From assembly GCF_000734015.1 (NCBI RefSeq), contig NZ_CP008796.1:1230001-1262000 (forward strand): a stretch of DNA of 32,000 nucleotides. The letters are read 5' to 3'. Under the pieces are notes generated by a model, which was given only the letters and a program-made list of their open reading frames with translations, was not told the origin of the DNA and did not search any database. The position numbers were made by a program, and so were the translations under genes. Numbering within the stretch: position 1 is the stretch's first letter; each line of letters begins with the position of its first letter. Origin of the DNA: Thermodesulfobacterium commune DSM 2178. GTDB lineage: Bacteria > Desulfobacterota > Thermodesulfobacteria > Thermodesulfobacteriales > Thermodesulfobacteriaceae. Of this stretch, positions 1 to 8,917 are shown in pieces.

Positions 1-1103
1 AGGCTTGCATCCACCTCTTTGATAAACTTCATAGCCTTAGAATAGTTTTCTGTGACGATGGCTTCGGTATGATTACTTCCGTATTTAGAGATGTGTTCTA
101 TCGCCTCATCTATATCTTTTACCACCTTTACCGCCAGGATAAGGTCAAGGTACTCGGCATACCAATCTTCTTCAGTGGCTGGTTTAGCCCAGGGAATAAG
201 TTTTAAGGTTTCAGGGCAACCTCTCAGCTCCACCCCGTATTTTTTGTATTCTTCTGCAAGGTCTGGCAAAAATTTAGGCGCAATCTTTTCATGGACTAAC
301 AAAGTTTCCATCGCGTTACATACCCCTGGTCTCTGACACTTAGCGTTGATGGCAATCGTTTTAGCCATTTCAAGGTTGGCCTCCTCGTCTACATACACAT
401 GACAAACCCCTTTATAGTGTTTGATAACAGGCATTCTGGCTTTTTCGGTGACAAACCGGATAAGCCCTTCTCCACCTCTGGGTATGACTAAGTCTATATA
501 TTCCTCAAGCTCTAACATATACTCCATGGCGGTTCTGTCAGGGGTTGGAATAACCTGCACCGCATCCTCAGGAAGGTTAAACTCTTTTAAAGTTTGTCTA
601 AAAAGGTCAGCCAGTGCCAAGTTAGAGTTTAGAGCCTCCTTTCCTCCCCTTAAAATTACGGCATTACCACTCTTGAAACAAAGCCCAGCTGCATCTATGG
701 TAACGTTTGGTCTGCTTTCATAAATGATAGCTATCACCCCTAAAGGAATACGCATCCTTCCTACCATAAGGCCATTAGGTCTTTTCCACATCTTTACCAC
801 TTCACCTACAGGGTCAGGAAGTTGGGCAACCTCCTCTAACCCCTTAGCCATGGCCTCTATTACCTTATCAGAAAGGGTTAACCTGTCTATAAAAGCCTTG
901 GTATGTCCTTGCAAAAGGGCCTGGTTTACGTCTTTTTCGTTAACCTTTTTTAATTCTTCCCGGTTTTCTCTTATCTTCTGAGCTACCCGTTTTAGCACCT
1001 CGTTTTTTACCCCAGAAGAAAGAGAAGTAAGAGTTTTAGAGGCAGACTTCGCCTTCTTAGCTATTTCTAAAACTACCTCTTTCAAATCTTTTGGTCCTTC
1101 CAT
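1..1103 (-). CDS. proA: gamma-glutamyl phosphate reductase (glutamate-5-semialdehyde dehydrogenase); C-terminal end cut by the window edge
   Basis: Absent from the ORF track because it is open at the edge. My reverse-strand translation from the ATG (complement of 1101-1103) reads MEGPKDLKEVVLEIAKKAKSASKTL...RMRIPLGVIAIIYESRPNVTIDAAGLCFKSGNAVILRGGKEA...KCQRPGVCNAMETLLVHEKIA...ISKYGSNHTEAIVTEN. These are ProA/aldehyde-dehydrogenase hallmarks. I checked the frame at two positions. The + strand ORFs 91-336, 421-723 and 724-981 are antisense shadows. Confidence 0.9.
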   Translation of the reverse strand, partial: MEGPKDLKEVVLEIAKKAKSASKTLTSLSSGVKNEVLKRVAQKIRENREELKKVNEKDVNQALLQGHTKAFIDRLTLSDKVIEAMAKGLEEVAQLPDPVGEVVKMWKRPNGLMVGRMRIPLGVIAIIYESRPNVTIDAAGLCFKSGNAVILRGGKEALNSNLALADLFRQTLKEFNLPEDAVQVIPTPDRTAMEYMLELEEYIDLVIPRGGEGLIRFVTEKARMPVIKHYKGVCHVYVDEEANLEMAKTIAINAKCQRPGVCNAMETLLVHEKIAPKFLPDLAEEYKKYGVELRGCPETLKLIPWAKPATEEDWYAEYLDLILAVKVVKDIDEAIEHISKYGSNHTEAIVTENYSKAMKFIKEVDAS

Positions 1104-1186
1104 CTTAAAACCCCCTTTATCCTCTTTTTTTTTGACGATCTTTTGGTAGTATACATTAGATATCATTTTATATTAAAAGCGCAAAA

Positions 1187-2764
1187 ATGGGAGAGCTTGA
1201 CAGACTATTAAAACTTGCTAAAAAGCCCTTTCCTCCTCTTCCTGCTTTAGTCAAAGAAACCCTTGAAACCTTTTTGTTAAAAGAAGAAAGGGAATTCTTA
1301 AATTTCCTCGATGAAAGGCAAGAACTTAAAAGGTTTATCATAGAGACCACCAATCTTCCTCAGTTTAGGAAAGACAACCCTCCTGTCTCAGATTTAAGGA
1401 AGGCAATCCTGATTTTAGGAGAAGACCTAGTAAAGCTTTTAGTTCTCTCTTTTTTATCCCAAAAGCTTAAAAAAAACACCTTTAACGAATTTAGTTTTGA
1501 CCTTTTTTGGGCAAGGGCAATAGCTAACCTTGGCTTATCTAACCTTTTAACCTCTCATATAGAAAACTACCCAACCCATCTACACGTAGCCTCTTTTTTG
1601 ATGGACTACGGAGTGCTGGTTTTATATCAGGTCTATCCTGAAGGATACTTACAGGTCTTAAAACTTAAAAAATTAGGGAAAACTACCCTGGATGCCGAAA
1701 GAGAAGTTTTTGGGGTTGACCATGCAACCATAGGTGCAGAATACTTTGAAAACTATAATTTCCCAAGAAGGTTTGTGCTTGACCTCTATCATCATCACCG
1801 TATCACCGGCCTTCCTGAAGAAATTCCTCAGGATGTACTTTATGACATAAAAATTTTAAACTTGATAGACTCAGGTATAGGGGCCTATTTTAGCACCAAA
1901 AAAGAACATAAATACCAAAGGTTTCAGGAGGTTTGCCAAGAAGTTTTAAACCTTTCTCAAACAGAGGCGACAGTTTTACTCGATTCCCTTCCTGGATTTA
2001 TCAACCAGTTTTATGAAATCTTAGGGTATGAGACCTACAAACTTATCCCCTATACTGAATGGATTAAAAAAAAGGAAAAGAAAATCAAAGAACAACTTCA
2101 GAAGATCGAAGAACAAGAAAAGGAAGAAAAAAAACTGCTTGAAATTTATAAACAAGAATTAGCCAGAGTGTTACGAGAAAAGGAACTTTTACTCAAACAA
2201 CTTGAAAAGACAGAAGAAGCCTTAAAAAAACAAACCTTTTTTGACCCTCTTACTGGACTTTATAATGAAGAATATTTTCTTTTAAGGCTTAAGGAAGAAT
2301 TTTTAAGGGCCAAAAGATATCAACGAATTTTTAGCGTCCTTTTCTTTGAAATAGAAAAAGGAGAAGAGATTGCAGAGACTCAAAGCCTAAAAGGAGAAGA
2401 AATTTTTATCAAGTTAGTGGCTGAAAACTTAGCCAGCAGATTAAGAAGGGTTGACGTGATCGCTAAACTTAAAAATCCCTATCGTTTTGGAGTTATCCTT
2501 CCTGAAACCCCACTCTCTGGTGCGATGGTGGTAGCAAGAAAACTTTTACAAACTCTAGAAAACCTCTCTTATAAAACCTTTAACCTTAAAAAATCTGCTT
2601 TCATCGTAGCCATCACCTACGATCCTAAGCAAATAAACCCTAAAACCGATCCTAATGTAGAACTTATTCTTAGGGCTTTAGAAAAAGGGCTTGAGATACT
2701 CAAAGAAAAACAACAAAGAAGAATTCTTTCGATGGTGATCGATAAAGAAATTGAAGCAGCATAA
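1187..2764 (+). CDS. signalling protein: N-terminal HDOD domain, K/E-rich coiled coil, C-terminal degenerate (non-catalytic) GGDEF-like domain
   Basis: HDOD pattern: PPLPALVKE..., AILILGEDLV, FWARAIA, EREVFGVDHATIGAEYFENYNFP, LYHHH. GGDEF-fold entry motif: DPLTGLYNEEYF. The GG(D/E)EF position reads NPYRF (nt 2474-2488). The DxDxFKxxND region reads EIEKGEEIAE. Confidence 0.8.
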   Translation: MGELDRLLKLAKKPFPPLPALVKETLETFLLKEEREFLNFLDERQELKRFIIETTNLPQFRKDNPPVSDLRKAILILGEDLVKLLVLSFLSQKLKKNTFNEFSFDLFWARAIANLGLSNLLTSHIENYPTHLHVASFLMDYGVLVLYQVYPEGYLQVLKLKKLGKTTLDAEREVFGVDHATIGAEYFENYNFPRRFVLDLYHHHRITGLPEEIPQDVLYDIKILNLIDSGIGAYFSTKKEHKYQRFQEVCQEVLNLSQTEATVLLDSLPGFINQFYEILGYETYKLIPYTEWIKKKEKKIKEQLQKIEEQEKEEKKLLEIYKQELARVLREKELLLKQLEKTEEALKKQTFFDPLTGLYNEEYFLLRLKEEFLRAKRYQRIFSVLFFEIEKGEEIAETQSLKGEEIFIKLVAENLASRLRRVDVIAKLKNPYRFGVILPETPLSGAMVVARKLLQTLENLSYKTFNLKKSAFIVAITYDPKQINPKTDPNVELILRALEKGLEILKEKQQRRILSMVIDKEIEAA

Positions 2765-3503
2765 ACTCAGAGCAGATAAAATCTTAGTAGAAAAAGGGCT
2801 TGCTGAGACCAGAGAAAAGGCTCAGGCCCTGATCATGGCAGGTAAAGTCTGGTGGTCAAAAGACGAAAAAAACTGGATAAGGGTAGAAAAACCAGGGCAA
2901 ACCCTTTCATGTGAAGTATTTTTAAGAGTTGACGAACCTATACCTTATGTTTCTCGAGGAGGGCTAAAGCTTGAAGGAGCCCTTGAAGCTTTTCAGATAG
3001 ATGTCACAGGGTTTGTATGCTTAGACATAGGTGCCTCAACCGGTGGGTTTACCCACTGCCTTTTACTAAAAGGAGCTAAAAAAGTATATACTGTAGACGT
3101 AGGTAAAGGCCAACTCCATCCTCTTTTAAGAAACGACCCAAGGGTTATACCTAAGGAAGAAATAAACGCCAGATATCTTACCCCGGAGATGTTTCCTGAA
3201 AAAATGGACCTGATTACCATAGACGTATCTTTTATTTCTCTAAAAAAAATCCTTCCGGTTACACCGCCCCTTCTTAAACCAGAAGGAAAGGTCTTAGCCC
3301 TGATTAAACCTCAATTTGAGGTAGGGCCTAAACTTCTTAAAAAAGGGGTGGTTAAAGACCCCTGGGTCCATAAAAAAGTGGTAGATGAAATCTGGGACTT
3401 TTCTATCTCTTTAGGATTTTTACCTTTAGGAGTAGCTCAAAGCCCTATCCTTGGTCCCAAAGGAAACAAAGAGTTTTTTATTTTACTTGGTCTGCATACC
3501 TAA
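2751..3503 (+). CDS. tlyA: TlyA-family rRNA 2'-O-methyltransferase (S4 RNA-binding domain plus FtsJ-like SAM methyltransferase domain)
   Basis: S4-like N-terminus: KLRADKILVEKGLAETREKAQALIMAGKV. SAM-binding motif: CLDIGASTGGFTHCLLLKGAKKVYTVDVG. It has a TTG start and overlaps the upstream gene by 14 nt. Confidence 0.85.
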   Translation: MKQHKLRADKILVEKGLAETREKAQALIMAGKVWWSKDEKNWIRVEKPGQTLSCEVFLRVDEPIPYVSRGGLKLEGALEAFQIDVTGFVCLDIGASTGGFTHCLLLKGAKKVYTVDVGKGQLHPLLRNDPRVIPKEEINARYLTPEMFPEKMDLITIDVSFISLKKILPVTPPLLKPEGKVLALIKPQFEVGPKLLKKGVVKDPWVHKKVVDEIWDFSISLGFLPLGVAQSPILGPKGNKEFFILLGLHT

Positions 3504-3520
3504 AACCTGTTTTTCTACTG

Positions 3521-3549
3521 TTGCACATCTTCGCTAAAAAGTATATAAT
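3521..3549 (+). promoter_or_regulatory. sigma70-type promoter candidate for the efflux operon (-35 TTGCAC, 17-nt spacer, -10 TATAAT)
   Basis: TTGCAC lies at 3521-3526 and TATAAT at 3544-3549, with an exact 17-nt spacer. The -10 element ends 9 nt before the ATG at 3559, and no Shine-Dalgarno sequence lies between them. Confidence 0.4.
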
Positions 3550-3558
3550 GTTTGAGAT

Positions 3559-4506
3559 ATGAACCTCAGTTTTAAGACAAAGCTGCTATTTTTCGTTCTA
3601 TTTTTAGGATTATTCGCAGGTGGGATTTTCTGGTACGTTAACAGGCAAAAGACCCCTCCAGGGGTTCTTATTTTACATGGAAGGGTCGAGGGTAAGGAAA
3701 TCAACCTTGGCACAAAAATTCAAGGAAGGGTGATAAAGCTTTACAAAAGAGAAAGCGACCCGGTAAAAAAAGGAGATCTTCTTGCAGAGCTTCGCCCTGA
3801 TGAATACTTTGCCCAGCTTCAAGCAGCTCAAAACGAGGTTCGTTCAGCAGAAGAAACCATCCTTATGGCAGAAAGCTATCTTGTTAAATCCCAATCCCGA
3901 GTTGAACAAGCCAAAAGAGACCTTGAACGATATAAAAAACTATACCAAGAAGGTTTGGTTTCTAAAAGAGACCTTGAGGTTGCAGAACTGGAGTACAAAA
4001 CAGCCCTGTCAGAACTTAAGGTAAATCAACGTTACATCAACCAAGCCAAGGCTAAGTATCTATCAGCCCTACAAAAAGTTAAAGAAATAGAGGTTGCTTA
4101 CAAGGAAACCAAAATCTATGCCCCTTCAGACGGGGTTATCCTTTCAAGGGTAGCTGAAGAAGGAGAAGTCGTAAACCCAGGGCAAGTTATCTATACGATG
4201 GTAAACCTTCAAAACCTTTATATCAAGGTTTACATCCCTGAACCAGAGGTTGGGAAGGTAAAACTGGGCCAACCTGCAAGGGTGTATGTAGACGCCTATC
4301 CTAACCGCTATTTCAACGGAACTTTAACCAGGGTCTATGAAAAAGCCGAATTTACTCCTAAAAACGTAGAAACCAAGGAAGAAAGGGTAAAACTTGTTTT
4401 TGGAGCTGAGGTCTCGGTAGAAAACCCAGAAGGGCTTTTAAAACCTGGGATGCCGGCAGACGTGGTAATAAAAACAGACCCAAAGGCAGAATGGGTAAAG
4501 CCTTAG
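3559..4506 (+). CDS. HlyD-family membrane fusion / periplasmic adaptor protein (YbhG-like)
   Basis: It has an N-terminal membrane anchor (LLFFVLFLGLFAGGIFW), a lipoyl-like hairpin (VKKGDLLAEL), a long coiled-coil segment, then a beta-barrel segment (IYAPSDGVILSRVAEEGEVVNPGQ). It is the first gene of the ABC-2 operon. Confidence 0.85.
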   Translation: MNLSFKTKLLFFVLFLGLFAGGIFWYVNRQKTPPGVLILHGRVEGKEINLGTKIQGRVIKLYKRESDPVKKGDLLAELRPDEYFAQLQAAQNEVRSAEETILMAESYLVKSQSRVEQAKRDLERYKKLYQEGLVSKRDLEVAELEYKTALSELKVNQRYINQAKAKYLSALQKVKEIEVAYKETKIYAPSDGVILSRVAEEGEVVNPGQVIYTMVNLQNLYIKVYIPEPEVGKVKLGQPARVYVDAYPNRYFNGTLTRVYEKAEFTPKNVETKEERVKLVFGAEVSVENPEGLLKPGMPADVVIKTDPKAEWVKP

Positions 4507-6191
4507 ACGAGCCTGTTCTTAAGGTTGAAAACCTCTCCAAGTTTTATAAGAAAGTTTTAGCCGTAAACAATGTTTCCTTTGAGGTAAAAAAAGGAGAAGT
4601 CTTTGGTCTGATAGGACCTGACGGAGCAGGAAAAACCACCATCGTCCAAATCCTTGCGGGAGTCTTAACTCCTTCCTCTGGTAAAGCCTACGTAAACGGT
4701 ATAGACGTTACCAGAGACCCTGAAAAGGTTAAAAAATTTATCGGATATATGCCTCAGGGGCTTGGATTAAACCTTTATGACAACCTTACCATCGAAGAAA
4801 ACATAAACTTTTTCCGCAACCTAAGGGAAATCCCAGAAGAGGTATTTCAAAAAAACAAAGAAATCCTTTTAGAGATTACCAGGCTTAAACCTTTTTTATC
4901 AAGACCGGCTAAAGCCCTTTCAGGGGGTATGCGACAAAAACTTGCGTTAGTCTGCACTTTACTACACCTGCCAGACATCATCTACCTTGACGAACCTACA
5001 ACAGGAGTTGACCCACTTTCAAGACAGGACTTCTGGAAAATTCTGCAAACGTTGGTTCAGGAAAGAAACATTACCGTTCTTTTAACTACCTCTTACATGG
5101 ATGAGGCAGAACGCTGCCAACGAATAGCCCTAATCCATAACGGTAAAATCTTACTTCAGGGTAAACCCGAAGAGTTTTCTGATTTAGAGCAAACTTTTGT
5201 CTCTGTGATTTCAAAAGAACCTCCCAAGCCTTTACAAAAACCTTCTTTAAGCTTTACCTCAGAAGAGACCTTGCTTGTCTGTGATAAGGTGACCAAGGCT
5301 TTTGGAAAGTTTAAAGCGGTGGATAAGGTAAGCTTGGAGGTCAAAAAAGGTGAAATTTTAGGGCTTCTTGGTCCTAACGGTGCAGGGAAAACTACGTTAA
5401 TCAAGATGATGTGCGGACTTTTAGAACCTACCGAAGGGGATATCTTTATCGCAGGGTATAATGTAAAAAGAGAAAGAGCTAAGGTGTGGCAGCTAATAGG
5501 ATACATGTCTCAAAAATTCTCCCTTTACAGAGACCTGACGGTGATGGAAAATGTCAATCTTTATGCCGGGCTCTACGGAATAAAAGGACAAAATTTTACC
5601 GAGCTTTTAACTAAGCTTGGACTTTCTTCCTGGGAAGAAAGACTTGTTAAAGATGTCCCTTTTGGGATAAGACAAAGGGTTGCCCTTATGTGTGCCATCT
5701 TGCATAACCCTGTGATCGTGTTTTTAGATGAACCAACCTCTGGAGTAGACCCTGTAGCAAGAAGATCCTTCTGGGAGATCATTTACTATCTTTCAAGAGA
5801 AAAAGGCATAACTGTTATCGTTTCTACCCATTATATGGATGAAGCAGAAAACTGCGACAGGATAGGTCTTATGAACCGGGGAAGGCTTATTGCAGTTGGC
5901 ACCCCTGAAGAACTAAAAATCACCTCTGAAACCCTCGCTGGTAAACTCCTAAAAATAAAAACCCCAAGGTTTAAAGAAGCCTATACCCTGTTAAAAAACA
6001 ATTTTCCTAACCTTTATTTTTACGGAAACAAACTTTTTTTAAGAACTTTTACTCCTGAGAAAGATCAACCAAAGATTTCCGAGATTTTAAAAACAAAAGG
6101 TATTGAAGAATATACGATTGAAATTACTCTCCCTCCTTTACAAGAGGCTTTTGTAGACTTTATCTTAAAAGACCTGAAGGAAAACCCATAG
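4491..6191 (+). CDS. ABC transporter ATP-binding protein with two fused nucleotide-binding domains (YbhF-like)
   Basis: Two Walker A motifs (GPDGAGKTT, GPNGAGKTT) and two Walker B motifs (IIYLDEPTTGVD, IVFLDEPTSGVD). The NBD1 signature is LSGGMRQKL; the equivalent NBD2 position reads VPFGIRQRV. It overlaps the adaptor gene by 16 nt. Confidence 0.9.
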   Translation: MGKALDEPVLKVENLSKFYKKVLAVNNVSFEVKKGEVFGLIGPDGAGKTTIVQILAGVLTPSSGKAYVNGIDVTRDPEKVKKFIGYMPQGLGLNLYDNLTIEENINFFRNLREIPEEVFQKNKEILLEITRLKPFLSRPAKALSGGMRQKLALVCTLLHLPDIIYLDEPTTGVDPLSRQDFWKILQTLVQERNITVLLTTSYMDEAERCQRIALIHNGKILLQGKPEEFSDLEQTFVSVISKEPPKPLQKPSLSFTSEETLLVCDKVTKAFGKFKAVDKVSLEVKKGEILGLLGPNGAGKTTLIKMMCGLLEPTEGDIFIAGYNVKRERAKVWQLIGYMSQKFSLYRDLTVMENVNLYAGLYGIKGQNFTELLTKLGLSSWEERLVKDVPFGIRQRVALMCAILHNPVIVFLDEPTSGVDPVARRSFWEIIYYLSREKGITVIVSTHYMDEAENCDRIGLMNRGRLIAVGTPEELKITSETLAGKLLKIKTPRFKEAYTLLKNNFPNLYFYGNKLFLRTFTPEKDQPKISEILKTKGIEEYTIEITLPPLQEAFVDFILKDLKENP

Positions 6192-6196
6192 AAACG

Positions 6197-7306
6197 ATGT
6201 TAAAAAGACTGATAGGAATAACCAAAAAGGAATTTACCGAGCTTATAAAAGACAAACTATACCTTACCTTTGTGTTTGTAGTCCCTGTAATAGTGATGTT
6301 TTTATTAGGGTATGGGTTAAACTTAGATGTAAAAGGACTACCTGTGGCCTTTCTTGACTATGATCGCAGTAAACTAAGCAGGGACTACATAGATAGTTTC
6401 GTGAACTCTGAGTACTTCAAGCTTTATACCCTGGCAGACAACTATAAAGAAGCTGAAGGCCTGCTAAACTCTGCTAAGGTAAGAGCGGTAGTAATCATAC
6501 CACCTGATTTCTCACAAAAACTTTATAAAAAAGAAAAAACAGAGGTACAGGTGCTTATCGACGGCACCTATCCAAGTAGAGCAGAGGTAGTAAAAGGCTA
6601 TATCAGTACCATAAACACCCTTTTTAACCAAAAACTCCTTGGAAACCAGAACTCCTTAAAATTTCCCATAGAGTTAGAAATAAGAGCCTGGTATAACCCT
6701 GCCCTTGAGAGCAAAAACTTTATCATGCCAGGGATGTTGGTAACCACCCTTTGTTTTTATCCGGTGCTCCTCAGTTGCTTGGTAGTAGTAAGAGAGAAAG
6801 AATTCGGAAGTATTTTTAACTATTACACCTCACCTGCTAAAAGATGGGAAATCATATTTGGTAAAGCTATCCCCTATGTTTTCGTCTGTTTTCTTACCTA
6901 CTTAATACTTTTTGCCATCACGGTTTTTGTCTTCCAAACCAAGTTTATCGGAAACTTTATCGTACTTTCCTTAGCAAGTATCCTCTATCTTTTTTGTACT
7001 GTTGGGCTTGGACTGTTTATCTCCACCGTTACCAAAACTCAAATTACCGCTATGCTTCTTGCCTTTATCACCACCGTAATTCCTACCTATCTTTATTCAG
7101 GATTTCTTTATCCTGTGAGTAGTATGGAGTTTAGCGGAAAACTTGTTAGCAGGGTGATTCCTGCAACCTATTTTTTAGACATCGTAAGAGGAATCTATCT
7201 AAAGGGACTGCCTTTTCATTATTTTATATCCAACATCCTGAGCCTTTTTTTGTATGCTTCTGTGGTCTATCTGGCTACCATCTTAAACTTTAAGAAAAAA
7301 CTTTAG
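6197..7306 (+). CDS. ABC-2 type transporter permease (YbhS/YbhR-like)
   Basis: It has an N-terminal TM helix, a large extracytoplasmic loop, then five C-terminal TM helices. It follows the ATPase gene by 5 nt. The REKEFGS motif is typical of ABC-2 permeases. Confidence 0.85.
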   Translation: MLKRLIGITKKEFTELIKDKLYLTFVFVVPVIVMFLLGYGLNLDVKGLPVAFLDYDRSKLSRDYIDSFVNSEYFKLYTLADNYKEAEGLLNSAKVRAVVIIPPDFSQKLYKKEKTEVQVLIDGTYPSRAEVVKGYISTINTLFNQKLLGNQNSLKFPIELEIRAWYNPALESKNFIMPGMLVTTLCFYPVLLSCLVVVREKEFGSIFNYYTSPAKRWEIIFGKAIPYVFVCFLTYLILFAITVFVFQTKFIGNFIVLSLASILYLFCTVGLGLFISTVTKTQITAMLLAFITTVIPTYLYSGFLYPVSSMEFSGKLVSRVIPATYFLDIVRGIYLKGLPFHYFISNILSLFLYASVVYLATILNFKKKL

Positions 7307-7316
7307 GATAACCTTT

Positions 7317-8432
7317 ATGAGGCTTATAACGTTAATCAAAAAAGAATTTCTTCAGCTTTTCAGAGACAGGATTTTGTTAATCGTTTTAGTCTATGCCTTT
7401 ACTGGGGTGGTTTATACAGGGGGTAAAGGGATAACGCTTGAGGTAAGAAACTTTGCAACCATCGTATTAGACCAAAGCAAAAGTCCTGAAAGTAGAGAAT
7501 TCTTATCTAAGATAAGACCTCCCCATTTCAGGATAGTAGCGTATGTTAACTCTGACAAAGAGGTAGTAGAATGGCTGGATAAAGGTAAAGCCTCTATGGC
7601 CATAGTCATACCTCCTGAGTTTGAGACTGATGTCAAGCAAAAAAAGGGAAAAATCCAGGTTATCATCGACGGCACCATGTCGATGACCTCTACCATGGCT
7701 ATTTCTTATGTATCAACCATAGCTCATGAATATTCTTTAGAGATCTTAGACTTTTCGGTCTATCAGAAAACCTTAAGGATACCTCAGGTAGAAACAAAAC
7801 CCCGCAGCTTTTTTAATCCTAACCATCTTAGTACCTGGTTTATGAGTCTCCTTGAACTTTTTAACATGACAACGATGGTTTCCCTTCTTATAAGTGCCTC
7901 AGCTTTGATAAGAGAAAAAGAATATGGTACCATCGAACAACTTTTGATAACCCCTGTAAAAACCTGGGAGGTTTTTTTAGCCAAGATTATTCCTACGGTA
8001 GTCGTAATCGGTGTTTTATCCTTGCTTAGCTTATTTATCATGGTAAAAGGCGTTTTTAAGGTCCCGATAAAAGGAAACATCATCTTATTTTTTTTGGTCA
8101 CCTGTCTTTATGTGTTTGCCATGTCTTCCCTTGGGATAGCCATCGCAACGATAGTAAACAACCTCTCTCAGGCGATGATGGTAATCATAGTGATTCTCGT
8201 ACCGATGCTTATGATTTCAGGAGCCTGGACTCCCCCAGAAGCTATGCACCCTGTGATCAGGTCTCTAAGCCTTTTTTCTCCGATGAGGTATTATTTAGAG
8301 TTTGGCTACGGGGTTTTACTTAAAGGGGTTGGGATAGAGTATCTCTGGAAAGACATCTTAGGGATTTCAGCCGTAGGAGGGGTAATCTTTCTTTTATCAG
8401 CCTTAAGATTTAGGAAAAGTTTTGCTAAATAA
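7317..8432 (+). CDS. ABC-2 type transporter permease (YbhR/YbhS-like paralogue)
   Basis: It has the same architecture as the preceding gene, with the motif REKEYGTIEQLLITP. It is the last gene of the operon. Confidence 0.85.
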   Translation: MRLITLIKKEFLQLFRDRILLIVLVYAFTGVVYTGGKGITLEVRNFATIVLDQSKSPESREFLSKIRPPHFRIVAYVNSDKEVVEWLDKGKASMAIVIPPEFETDVKQKKGKIQVIIDGTMSMTSTMAISYVSTIAHEYSLEILDFSVYQKTLRIPQVETKPRSFFNPNHLSTWFMSLLELFNMTTMVSLLISASALIREKEYGTIEQLLITPVKTWEVFLAKIIPTVVVIGVLSLLSLFIMVKGVFKVPIKGNIILFFLVTCLYVFAMSSLGIAIATIVNNLSQAMMVIIVILVPMLMISGAWTPPEAMHPVIRSLSLFSPMRYYLEFGYGVLLKGVGIEYLWKDILGISAVGGVIFLLSALRFRKSFAK

Positions 8433-8442
8433 AGCTTTAAGT

Positions 8443-8471
8443 TTGATTAAAATAGTTTTTTATGCTAAAAT
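8443..8471 (+). promoter_or_regulatory. sigma70-type promoter candidate with extended -10 (TTGATT, 17-nt spacer, TGcTAAAAT)
   Basis: TTGATT lies at 8443-8448, TG at 8463-8464 and TAAAAT at 8466-8471. A strong RBS (AGGAGG, 8493-8498) precedes the ATG at 8504. Confidence 0.4.
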
Positions 8472-8503
8472 AATAAAAATCCTATCCTAAAAAGGAGGTA
8501 ATT

Positions 8504-8911
8504 ATGAAAATAGTGGTAGCTTACGACGGTTCAGCCGACGCTAAGGAAGGATTAAGGATGGCTCTTACTTTTCTAAAAGAGACCATAGATGAAATTATTC
8601 TTTTAAACGTGGTAAGAAAAAGAGAAGAAATGTCTAAGGAAGAAGAGGCCAAAGCTGTAGAAAAGGCTAAAGCTTTGCTAGAAGAGGTAGCTAAAGAGGT
8701 AAAAGACGGTTATAAAGTAAGACAGGAAGTATTGGTTGATTTTTCCGTAGCTGAGGCTATCTTAAACTTTGTAGAACAGGAAGAGCCTGACCTTTTGATA
8801 ATGGGTGCAAGAGGGGTAAGACCTGACATCATCAGATACACCCTTGGTTCTACTGCTGCTAAAGTGGTTAACTTTGCTCCTTGTTCTATCTATATAGCTA
8901 AGAAAAAGTAA
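8504..8911 (+). CDS. universal stress protein (UspA family), single domain
   Basis: Starts MKIVVAYDGSADAKEGL and ends DLLIMGARGVRPDIIRYTLGSTAAKVVNFAPCSIYIAK, giving the Usp fold and a G-x2-G-x9/10-G-S/T ATP-binding-like motif. Confidence 0.85.
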   Translation: MKIVVAYDGSADAKEGLRMALTFLKETIDEIILLNVVRKREEMSKEEEAKAVEKAKALLEEVAKEVKDGYKVRQEVLVDFSVAEAILNFVEQEEPDLLIMGARGVRPDIIRYTLGSTAAKVVNFAPCSIYIAKKK

Positions 8912-8917
8912 CGTCAG

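Noticed and set aside
91-981. Three + strand ORFs (81, 100 and 85 aa) at the left edge
   Set aside because: They are Ser/Thr/Phe/Ile-rich, low-complexity translations lying exactly antisense to a well-supported proA reading frame. They have no RBS and no recognisable motifs.
2040-2240. A purine-rich, repetitive-looking stretch (gaagaacaagaaaaggaagaaaaaaaa...) as a possible tandem repeat or CRISPR-like feature
   Set aside because: It has no fixed repeat unit or spacer periodicity. It encodes the K/E-rich coiled-coil linker of the HDOD-GGDEF-like protein.
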